A program made the translations under genes and the position numbers. Below the pieces are notes generated by a model that worked only from the letters and a program-made list of their open reading frames with translations, did no database searches and was not told where the DNA came from. Below, piece by piece: positions 56,277 through 64,000 of a stretch of 64,000 nucleotides of DNA. This stretch comes from Vicinamibacterales bacterium (lineage in GTDB: Bacteria; Acidobacteriota; Vicinamibacteria; Vicinamibacterales; JAMQPK01). Location of the stretch: assembly GCA_963832375.1 (NCBI GenBank), contig CAWHUA010000007.1, positions 37,069 to 101,068 of the forward strand. Reading direction: 5' to 3'. Every line of letters begins with the position of its first letter. The first letter of the stretch is position 1.

Positions 56277-56320
56277 ATTTGAGATCTCGCGATGGCGGTT
56301 AATCTGGCAATACTAGCACC

Positions 56321-57160
56321 ATGAAATGGAATGGCAGCGCATCCGTCGCCAGGCGGATCGAACACGCCGAAGCCACCATGATTGGCGAGTTCGGCCGGCT
56401 TGCCGCCCGTCAATTCGGTAATCAGAAGGTGTTCATCGGCAATTGTGCAGGTGGCATCGCGGTGGCTGCTGGGCCCGGTGCGCCGTACAGCAAGGTTGCC
56501 GGCCTGGGTTTCGAGCCGATCGACGAATCTGCGCTTGCCGTGGTGGAGAGCGCGTACGTCGAGCGAGCGACGCCTGTGCGCGTGGAGCTCTCGTCCCTCG
56601 GAGATCGGGAAGCGGGTACGTTGCTCACGCGGCGCGGGTACATGCTCCAGGGATTCGAGAACGTCCTGGCGATATCGCTGCCAGCGCCGCATCGCGAGAT
56701 CGCCGGCGCAGCCGTGGCGCGGACTGCGGAAACCGAAACCGCGCAGTGGATCGATGTGCTGGCCTCGTCGTTTGCCGCGCCCGATACCTACGACGGCCCG
56801 ATCGTCGAGGAGCACGTCGATCGCGGCGCCATTGACGCGCTCCTCGAACAGACCAGCGAGATCGACGGCTTCATCGCATACCTCGTGCGGCGAAACGGGG
56901 AGGTCGCCGGCGCGGGTGGGATGCGCATCGCGAACGGCATCGCGCAGCTATGCGGCGCCGGAACGCTGCCCGCTCATCGGCGCCGCGGAGTGCAGACGGC
57001 TCTGCTGCAGCAACGTCTCGCCGATGCCGCGCGTGCGGGGTGCGACATCGCCGTCGTCACGACACAGCCAGGGTCCGTGTCGCAGCAGAACGTTCAGCGT
57101 CAGGGGTTCGAGCTGTTGTATGCGCGAGCGATCCTGGTGAAGGCCGATAGTAGTACGTAG
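56321..57160 (+). CDS. GNAT-family N-acetyltransferase
   Basis: 279 aa with the acetyl-CoA motif in the C-terminal domain (HRRRGVQTALLQQRLADAARAGC). The last codons run into a REP element. Confidence 0.7.
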   Translation: MKWNGSASVARRIEHAEATMIGEFGRLAARQFGNQKVFIGNCAGGIAVAAGPGAPYSKVAGLGFEPIDESALAVVESAYVERATPVRVELSSLGDREAGTLLTRRGYMLQGFENVLAISLPAPHREIAGAAVARTAETETAQWIDVLASSFAAPDTYDGPIVEEHVDRGAIDALLEQTSEIDGFIAYLVRRNGEVAGAGGMRIANGIAQLCGAGTLPAHRRRGVQTALLQQRLADAARAGCDIAVVTTQPGSVSQQNVQRQGFELLYARAILVKADSST

Positions 57161-57240
57161 TGTCCGGCTTTAGACGGACTTCACGAGGTCCGCCTAAAGG
57201 CGGACACTGACGTACTATCGAAGATTCGGTGGAAACGCTC
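57150..57240. repeat. REP-like nested palindrome, same family as 55283-55372
   Basis: AGTACGTAGTGTCCGGCTTTAGACGGAC...GTCCGCCTAAAGGCGGACACTGACGTACT. It overlaps the 3' ends of both convergent ORFs. Confidence 0.8.
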
Positions 57241-57966
57241 CAGCAGTGCGGAGGACTCGTTATCCAGAAATACCGTCGCCGCCGGGTGTGTCTGTAAGAT
57301 CGATGCGGGCGCCAGGGGAGAGATCGCCCCCTCGATGCAGGCCTTCACGGCTCTGGCTTTTCGCGAGTCGGGCACGACACAGATGAGTTCCCGCGACGTG
57401 AGAATCTGTCGAATCGACATCGAAATCGCCTGAACAGGCACCTCCTCGATCGCCGCAAACCAGCCTTCGCCAACCTGCTGCCTTCTGCATGCGTCGTCGA
57501 GCGTGACGATGACGTAGGGCTCTTCGGTCTCGAAATCGGCCGGCGGGTCGTTGAATGCCAGATGGCCGTTTTCGCCGATGCCGACAAAGGCAATATCGAC
57601 CGGCGCCGATGCCAGCTCGCGTCCGACCGCGACGGCCACGCGCGTGGCGTCGCGCTCCGCGTCCAGCAGGTAATAGCGCGTGATGCCGGTCTTGCTGATG
57701 AAGCGCTCGAGCAAATACCGCCGGAAGCTCGCCGGATGGTCGAGCGCGATGCCGACATATTCGTCGAGGTGGAACATCTCCACGCGTGGCCACTCGATGC
57801 CCGGCTGCGACACGAGGGCTTCGAGGAAATCGAATTGGGAGGTGCCGGTGGCTGCGACGATGCGCGCGCGGCCCGTGGCGTCGATGGCGTCGCGGATGGC
57901 GCGGCCGGCGTGATCGGCGGCGGCATGGCCCAGCGAGCGACGGTCACTGCAGATGCGGACGTGCAT
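57181..57966 (-). CDS. nagB: Glucosamine-6-phosphate deaminase / 6-phosphogluconolactonase family protein
   Basis: 261 aa with [14 protein letters not shown] and [13 protein letters not shown] blocks. Confidence 0.75.
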   Translation of the reverse strand: MHVRICSDRRSLGHAAADHAGRAIRDAIDATGRARIVAATGTSQFDFLEALVSQPGIEWPRVEMFHLDEYVGIALDHPASFRRYLLERFISKTGITRYYLLDAERDATRVAVAVGRELASAPVDIAFVGIGENGHLAFNDPPADFETEEPYVIVTLDDACRRQQVGEGWFAAIEEVPVQAISMSIRQILTSRELICVVPDSRKARAVKACIEGAISPLAPASILQTHPAATVFLDNESSALLERFHRIFDSTSVSAFRRTS

Positions 57967-57989
57967 GCAGCCGGCGACTGACGTCCGCG

Positions 57990-58994
57990 TCAGTACTCGG
58001 TGAACATCCGCTGGATATCGCCTGGCGACTGGGTCTTCGTCAGCGCCAGCATGAGAAGGATGCGGGCTTTCAATGGCGTGAGGTCTTCGCCGCCGATCAT
58101 ACCGTCGCGCACGCGCGTGGCCGACTGTGCCGCGATGCGCCCGCTGCCGGTTCGAGTCGCGGCAACCACGACCACGCCCTGACGTTCGGCGTAGCTGATG
58201 CCCGGCGCGAGCGATCCGCCCGTGAGATCGGCCCCCGCGACCGCGATCACGATGCCCCTGGCCCCGGCATCGACGGCGGCGCGCAGCAGGTCGCTCGACG
58301 CGCCCTGGTAGAACATCATGATGTCGACGCGCGGCAGGCTGGCGAGTGCCGACACGTCGAATTCGGCCTTCTGCGTGTGCCGTCTGAGCGGCTCGCGATA
58401 ATACACGACGCGGTCCGGATCGACGACGCCGAGGATGCCGTACGGACGGCTCTGGAACGTCTGCACGCGCAGCGCGTCGGTTTTTGTGACTTCGCGCGCC
58501 GAGTTGATTTCGTCGTTCAACACGACGAGCACACCCTTGCCACGCGAGTCTGGAGATGACGCCACCCGGAACGCATCGAGCAGATTGGCGGGTCCTTCAT
58601 ACCCCAGCGCTCCCGCGTTGCGCATGGCGCCGACGAGCACGACGGGCTTGTTGGCCTTGACGGTGAGGTGAAGGAAATACGCCAGTTCCTCGAGCGAGTC
58701 TGTTCCAGACGTGATGACCGCGCCGGTGAGTCCGGGATCCTGGTCGAACGCCTCGTTGACGCGCCGGGCCAGCTGCACCCATTGGTCGAGCGTCATGGCC
58801 GTGCTGGCGACGTTTGCGAACTGTTCCGGCTCTGGTCGCGCGATACGGTGGAGGCCGGGCACGAGCTGCAGCACCTCTTCGGCGCTCATTCGCGTGCCGC
58901 CGCGGGTGGCGATGGTCCCGCCAGTCGCGATGAAACGGATCCGTGGAAGCTCGTTCTCGGCCCAGGTGTTGATGCCGCCTGCGGCACCGAGCAC
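57990..58994 (-). CDS. L-asparaginase (type II family); true start probably further upstream
   Basis: It has the TGGTIA catalytic motif ([12 protein letters not shown]) and [10 protein letters not shown]. The open frame upstream of GTG 58994 encodes a signal-peptide-like KTPYVAAIVVTAL, but there is no canonical start before the stop at 59133-59135. Confidence 0.75.
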   Translation of the reverse strand: MLGAAGGINTWAENELPRIRFIATGGTIATRGGTRMSAEEVLQLVPGLHRIARPEPEQFANVASTAMTLDQWVQLARRVNEAFDQDPGLTGAVITSGTDSLEELAYFLHLTVKANKPVVLVGAMRNAGALGYEGPANLLDAFRVASSPDSRGKGVLVVLNDEINSAREVTKTDALRVQTFQSRPYGILGVVDPDRVVYYREPLRRHTQKAEFDVSALASLPRVDIMMFYQGASSDLLRAAVDAGARGIVIAVAGADLTGGSLAPGISYAERQGVVVVAATRTGSGRIAAQSATRVRDGMIGGEDLTPLKARILLMLALTKTQSPGDIQRMFTEY

Positions 58995-59056
58995 CAGGGC
59001 TGTGACGACGATCGCGGCAACGTAGGGTGTCTTGAGGAGGCTCGGCGTGAAATCTA

Positions 59057-59359
59057 CTATACCGTATTCGCCCGATGCTGGTGCGCGCGGTTCAGCCAGT
59101 CGCTCAGATGCGTCGCGGCTTCGTCGGGTGTCTCACCATAGAACGGCATCATAGCCGTCGGTACGCCCGGAATCCGCGCGATATGGGCTCGCCAGCGTTT
59201 CTCGGATATCCACGTCACTTCAATGACGAACGGACGCCCGGCAATGATTTTTTCAAAGCAATGTTGCACGACGATTGTGCCGATAAGTCGACAGGTTGAT
59301 CCGGAACCGGATTGCTTGGGGAGCAGCAACGATTCTACGTACCCGGAGACGTGAAACAA
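59057..59359 (-). CDS. Hypothetical protein, possibly HicB-like (UPF0150) fold
   Basis: 100-aa ORF in a lower-GC patch. RAHIARIPGVPTAMMPFYGETPDEAATHLSDWL resembles the xPGxxxxGxTxEEA pattern of HicB-like domains. The start is uncertain. Confidence 0.35.
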   Translation of the reverse strand: MFHVSGYVESLLLPKQSGSGSTCRLIGTIVVQHCFEKIIAGRPFVIEVTWISEKRWRAHIARIPGVPTAMMPFYGETPDEAATHLSDWLNRAHQHRANTV

Positions 59360-59606
59360 GCGAAACGAAGTACGAAGGCCGGCCTGGATCGCGGAGCTGC
59401 CATGATTCGCTCAGAATCTGACGAAAAAAATATTTTGCTGTCGCTTGCTCAACAGGAAATTCACCATTCGTCCACAGGTTTTCCACACGCCTTCGCCTCA
59501 AAATGCTCGAAGGCTACGTCGTGCGGGCATGCCTGGGAAACAATGTTGCGCAGTTCGGCACTCTGCTTGACTGACTGCGTACGCCCCATTACTCTGAACT
59601 CCATCC

Positions 59607-61004
59607 ATGCACGCTAGACAACGCATGATGCTGGCCGCCGTGATGGCCGTCGTGGCCGTGGTGCCGGCATTCGCCGAGTCGGTCACGCTGCTGCGGGTCT
59701 TTCTGAACGACGGCACCGCCATCGTCAGTTATGGCGAATACGCGCGTGTGGGCGATCGCGTGGTCTTTTCGATGCCGGTCGGCGACGTCAACTCCGGTCC
59801 GGCGGGCGATCCCAGTCTGCATGTGGTGAACCTGCCCGTTTCGGTCGTCAACTGGGTTGCTACGGAGAAGTACGCCGCATCGGCGCGCTACTCGCACTAC
59901 ATGGCGACGAGCGCCGAGTCCGATTACGCCGTGCTGGCGGGCGACGTGGCTGCGGTCCTGAACAGGATTGTCCTGACAAAGGAACCGAAGGCGCGACTCG
60001 ACATGGCCGTGGATGCCCGCAAGCGGCTGGCCTCGTGGCCCCGCGATCACTACGGATACCGCGCCGATGACGTCCGCGAAATGCTGGGCATGCTCGACGA
60101 GGCCATCTCCGAGCTGCGGGTGGCCGCCGGCGAGACCAGCTTCGCGATCGATCTGGTGGCGACGCCGCAGGCGCCGCCCCCGGAACAGCTGCCATTGCTC
60201 AGGGCGCCGACGCCGGCCGAGACGATTGCGCAGGCGATTGCCGTGGCCAAGGTCTCGGATGTGGCATCCGATCGGCTCTCGATTCTCCGGACGGTCGTTG
60301 CCGCGATTGACAACCCGATGAACGCGCTCCCGGCCTCATGGGCGCGGCCGACCCGCCGATGGGCCGTTCACACGATGGGCGACGAGGCGCGCGCGGGTAA
60401 GGCCTACGCCGAGCTGAGCTCGACGATGCTGAAGCGCGCGACCGTGGCGGCGTCGCGCGCCGACGTGCGCGCTGTACAAGGCGTCCTCGAGGCCGTCATC
60501 CGCAAGGACGTCGACCTGGGCCGCAAGCGGCCCGACGAGATCAACGCGTTGATCGAACAGGTGCGAATCCAGCTCGATGCCGCGCGCCGCCTTCGACTGG
60601 CGCGCGACCAATGGGCCGAACGCGCGGGCAGCTTTGCGGCGTATCAAAGGAATGTGGCCCCGATCGTCGACGTGCTGAAGCGGGTGCAGGGGACGCTCGA
60701 CGATGTCAAGCATCTCGCCGGTTCGGATGCGGCGGTGCTGGTGGCTTGGGGCGAGCGGCTTGCGGCCAATGGCAAGGTGCTGAACGGGCTGTCGGTCCCG
60801 GACGAACTGAAGCCGTCGCATGCGCTGCTGGTGAGCACCATCAACCTTGCGGAAACCGCGGTCAAGAAGCGCAGGCAGGCGGCCGTGACGGGCGATCTTC
60901 AGCTCGCCTGGGATGCGTCTTCGGCCGCGTCAGGATCAATAATGTTGTTGAGCAAGGCAGAGGAGGATTTGGAGGCGGCTGTTCGCCTTCCCGACATAAG
61001 GTGA
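59607..61004 (+). CDS. Hypothetical secreted protein
   Basis: 465 aa with a signal peptide (MMLAAVMAVVAVVPAFAES). It is largely helical and Ala/Arg-rich. Its stop overlaps the GTG of the next gene (GTGA). Confidence 0.6.
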   Translation: MHARQRMMLAAVMAVVAVVPAFAESVTLLRVFLNDGTAIVSYGEYARVGDRVVFSMPVGDVNSGPAGDPSLHVVNLPVSVVNWVATEKYAASARYSHYMATSAESDYAVLAGDVAAVLNRIVLTKEPKARLDMAVDARKRLASWPRDHYGYRADDVREMLGMLDEAISELRVAAGETSFAIDLVATPQAPPPEQLPLLRAPTPAETIAQAIAVAKVSDVASDRLSILRTVVAAIDNPMNALPASWARPTRRWAVHTMGDEARAGKAYAELSSTMLKRATVAASRADVRAVQGVLEAVIRKDVDLGRKRPDEINALIEQVRIQLDAARRLRLARDQWAERAGSFAAYQRNVAPIVDVLKRVQGTLDDVKHLAGSDAAVLVAWGERLAANGKVLNGLSVPDELKPSHALLVSTINLAETAVKKRRQAAVTGDLQLAWDASSAASGSIMLLSKAEEDLEAAVRLPDIR

Positions 61005-63922
61005 TAACGCCCCGCCAGACTCGTCTATACAGGGTCCCCGACCTTCGGAGCTTTCAGCGCACCATCCGTCGTCTCCTCTCCCATTCCGATGTTCGCCGTG
61101 TGCGCCGTTCGGCGGCCATTGTGCCCAGCGCGGCGGCCGCGGACCAGCTTCGGCGCACGCTCGAAAATCACCGGCTGCAATCGACATCGTCCGCCGACCG
61201 TGCGCTCTGGCTGCCGCAGATCCTCACCCGATCGGGCTGGTACGACGCGATGCATGCCGGTTTGCCGGTTCCGCCCCGGCGCCTCAGCGCGCTCGAGCGG
61301 GAGGTGCTAATCAATGCGGCGGCGCGCGATGCCTCGAACGACATCGCGCCGCCATTCCGCCTGCGTCCCGGCCTGCTCGTCGAAATGCTGGGGCTCTACG
61401 ACGATCTTCGACGGCGCGACGTGGCGATCGATACGTTCGAGCGCCGGCTGACGCGCGAGCTCGAGCGCGACGCGGATGCCGATCGCGGCGCCGATCGCCT
61501 GCTGAAACAGACGACGTTTCTCGCAGCGGCCTTTCGGGGATACGAGTCGCGCCGGGACGCAACCGGTGCGGTCGACGAGTACGCGTTGAGGACGGCGCTC
61601 ATCGAGACCGTTCCCGCCCGTCCGCTTCGTCAGGTCGTGCTCACAATCGGCGAGCGGAGCGTCGACGCGGCGGGGTTATGGCCGGCCGACTTCGATCTGC
61701 TGACACGTGTGCCCCAGCTCGAACAGATCGACATCGTGGCGACGCACGCGACCATCGCCGCCGGCTTGCTCGATCGGCTCGAAAAATTCATGCCCGGTTT
61801 CGAGGAAGCCGAGCTTCCGCCGGATCCTGAAGAGGTCGTCGACGATTCAACCCGGCCGGTGCTCGCGATCCCATCCCGGGAGCGGCAGGTGACGATGAGC
61901 CGCGACCGGGAGGACGAGCTCACATCCATTGCCGCGACGATCAAGACCGGAAGAAACCTGGATCTCGATCGGAGGGCGGTCGTGTTCAAGCGCCCTCTGC
62001 CGTACGTGTATCTGGCGCGTCACGTCTTTGCCGATGCCGGCATTCCATACCAGACATTCGATGCGCTGCCGCTTGCCGCCGAGCCCTATGCCGCCGCGCT
62101 GGATCTCGTATTCGAATTCGTGACGTCGAACTTCACGCGCGCGCCCGTCGTCGCGCTGCTCGGCTCGCCCCACTTTTCGTTCGAGGTCGATGGCGTGCCG
62201 CTTCGTCGAGCCGACGTTGCCGCTTTCAACCGGGGTCTGAGCGACGAAGGGTACTTCGGGGGTGCCGATCGATTGCGTGCGTTTGCCGATGTGGGACGGT
62301 GGAAGGCCGCGAAGGCGGCCTCGCGAGCGACGGAGGAGCTGCGCCCTCTCATGGAGGAAGAACGCCCCTCCCTGCAGCTCGATGCGCTGCTGTCGTTCCT
62401 CGACGCACACGACCGGATTCCGCCGGCTGGCGATCCGCTGCGCGAGCGGCATCTGCGCGCGCGCAGCGCGGTGCTGTCGGCCCTGCATGGCTTGCGGCGG
62501 GCTCATCACGAGCTGGACGATTCGCCGGTCGCGATTGCGAGCCTGGCCGCGATGATCCGTCGATGGATCGAGGGGCAGACCTTCGCACCTCGTGCCGGCA
62601 CCACCGGCGTCCAGCTTCTCGACGCACAGGCCGCTCGATATGGGGAGTTCGACGAGGTGTTCCTGGTCGGTCTCGTCGAAGGGGAGTGGCCGGAACGGTC
62701 GGCCACGAACATCTTCTATCCGTCGTGGCTTCTCAGCCAGCTCGACTGGCCGGATTCCCGCGTCGCGCTCGCGGGCCAACGGGCGGCATTCCAGGATCTG
62801 ACGCGGCTCGCGCGCCGTCACACGCATCTGTCCACCTTCGAGCTCGAGCATGAGGCGATTGTCGGGCCGAGCGTCTTTCTCGAAGACGTCGAGCGGCTGG
62901 GGCTCGAGACGCGTGTCGGCGAGCCGCGAGCGGCGTCCGGGCTGTTCGTGCACGAGGCGCTGACGAGCGATCCCGTCATGCCTGCGGCCGTTGCGGGCGA
63001 GACCGCCGATTGGTTGAGCCTTCGGCTTGGACGCTCCGATGCGGCGGCCGATCGGTTTCACGGCACGGCGGCGTCATACCGGCCGGCGACCTACAGCGTC
63101 AGCGGGCTCGAGCGGTATCTGCAATGCCCGTTCAGATTTTTCTCGGAGCGTGTCTTGAAGCTTCAGGAAGATCCCGAGGATGAAGCCACGCTGAATCCGA
63201 AGGAGCTGGGGATCTTCGTCCACGAGGTGTTCCAGAAATTCTTCGAAGAGTGGAATCGTCAGGGACATCGCGGGATCACGCCGGAGAATCTGCCGCAGGC
63301 GCGCACGCTCTTCGGCAGCGTCATCGAACCCCTGCTCGCCACGCTTCCGGACGACGAAGCCGCGGTGCAGCGCACACGCCTGCTGGGTTCGGCCGTCGAC
63401 GAAGGGCTGGCCGAGGCTGTGTTCCAGACCGAAGCCGAATGGGAGACCCCGGTCGTCGAACGGCTGCTCGAGCATTCGCTCGAGGGCGAGTTCGACATCC
63501 AGACCGACACGGAAACGCGGCGCGTCGCGCTGCGCGGGAAAGCCGACCGGATCGATCTCCTCGCGGACGGGACGTTCCGCATCATCGACTACAAGTTGAG
63601 CCGCGCGCCCGATCGAAAACAGGCGCTGCAGCTGCCGATCTACTCGGTCTGCACGGTGCAGCACCTGCGCCGGGCACGAGCCGAGGAGTGGGAGCTGGGG
63701 CAGGCGGGCTACATCGCCTTTGGCCAGGAGCGCCAGTTCGTGCCGATGCTCGCGCGCGGAAAGAGCCGGGACGAGGCCCTTCTTCAGGCGCAGACGCGCC
63801 TGCTCGCTGCGGTCGATCGAATCGAGCGGGGCGAGTTTCCGCCGACGCCCGCGGACACCATCATGTGCATGCGCTGCCCCCACGCCGCGGTGTGCCGCAA
63901 GGATTACGTCGGTGACGTCTGA
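61001..63922 (+). CDS. addB: AddB-like helicase-nuclease subunit (PD-(D/E)XK nuclease with Fe-S cysteines)
   Basis: About 973 aa from GTG 61001. There is no Walker A near the N-terminus. The C-terminal nuclease motif is RGKADRIDLL...IIDYK, with cysteines at LQCPFRFF and CMRCPHAAVC. The track ORF start at 60611 is an overlap artefact. Confidence 0.7.
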   Translation: MITPRQTRLYRVPDLRSFQRTIRRLLSHSDVRRVRRSAAIVPSAAAADQLRRTLENHRLQSTSSADRALWLPQILTRSGWYDAMHAGLPVPPRRLSALEREVLINAAARDASNDIAPPFRLRPGLLVEMLGLYDDLRRRDVAIDTFERRLTRELERDADADRGADRLLKQTTFLAAAFRGYESRRDATGAVDEYALRTALIETVPARPLRQVVLTIGERSVDAAGLWPADFDLLTRVPQLEQIDIVATHATIAAGLLDRLEKFMPGFEEAELPPDPEEVVDDSTRPVLAIPSRERQVTMSRDREDELTSIAATIKTGRNLDLDRRAVVFKRPLPYVYLARHVFADAGIPYQTFDALPLAAEPYAAALDLVFEFVTSNFTRAPVVALLGSPHFSFEVDGVPLRRADVAAFNRGLSDEGYFGGADRLRAFADVGRWKAAKAASRATEELRPLMEEERPSLQLDALLSFLDAHDRIPPAGDPLRERHLRARSAVLSALHGLRRAHHELDDSPVAIASLAAMIRRWIEGQTFAPRAGTTGVQLLDAQAARYGEFDEVFLVGLVEGEWPERSATNIFYPSWLLSQLDWPDSRVALAGQRAAFQDLTRLARRHTHLSTFELEHEAIVGPSVFLEDVERLGLETRVGEPRAASGLFVHEALTSDPVMPAAVAGETADWLSLRLGRSDAAADRFHGTAASYRPATYSVSGLERYLQCPFRFFSERVLKLQEDPEDEATLNPKELGIFVHEVFQKFFEEWNRQGHRGITPENLPQARTLFGSVIEPLLATLPDDEAAVQRTRLLGSAVDEGLAEAVFQTEAEWETPVVERLLEHSLEGEFDIQTDTETRRVALRGKADRIDLLADGTFRIIDYKLSRAPDRKQALQLPIYSVCTVQHLRRARAEEWELGQAGYIAFGQERQFVPMLARGKSRDEALLQAQTRLLAAVDRIERGEFPPTPADTIMCMRCPHAAVCRKDYVGDV

Positions 63923-63938
63923 CTGGCTGCCGTTCGGG

Positions 63939-63995
63939 GAGGGGTCGGGAGGGGTTTTCCCAGGCGACGCAGGGGAAAACCCCTCCCGACCCCTC
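63939..63995. repeat. REP-like palindrome, family GGGGTCGGGAGGGGTTTTC
   Basis: Arms GAGGGGTCGGGAGGGGTTTTCC / GGAAAACCCCTCCCGACCCCTC, directly after the addB-like stop. Confidence 0.85.
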
Positions 63996-64000
63996 GCGGA

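Overview
High-GC bacterial chromosome segment. The gene content (CarboxypepD_reg-type TonB-dependent receptors, Ser/Thr kinases fused to TolB-like beta-propellers, dense palindromic REP-like elements) suggests Acidobacteriota, but this is inference only.

Layout:
- 1-19.8 kb: core genes. These are prfA-prmC-HIT, aspA-methyltransferase-thiD-moaE-moaD, a class I fumarase, an FdhE-like protein, erpA, a Fur-rubrerythrin fusion, two csp genes, a TonB-dependent receptor and MscS.
- 19.8-43.7 kb: accessory DNA anchored on tRNA-Ala(GGC). One frameshifted large serine recombinase reads into the tRNA. Three further recombinase 3' relics each carry the same 14-16 nt tRNA-derived core. I read this as serial accretion of integrative elements whose attP lies inside the recombinase's own 3' end.
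- Cargo of those elements: a DUF4258/DUF2283 pair, a WG-repeat protein, a beta-helix protein with a TonB-dependent receptor, VapBC, and a tandem array of Ser/Thr kinase-beta-propeller paralogs in several states of decay.
- 43.9-64 kb: a CBS-HEPN protein, an HxlR unit, an ankyrin protein, a 9-bp-periodic inverted repeat array, a TetR/DCC/DUF1990/YfcH cluster, a K+ channel, CAX, a multiply frameshifted TonB-dependent receptor, PP2C, GNAT, nagB, asparaginase and an AddB-like nuclease.

Caveat: many otherwise intact genes carry 1-nt frame breaks, mostly in or next to short G/C runs. Sequence error and genuine pseudogenisation cannot be separated from this window alone.
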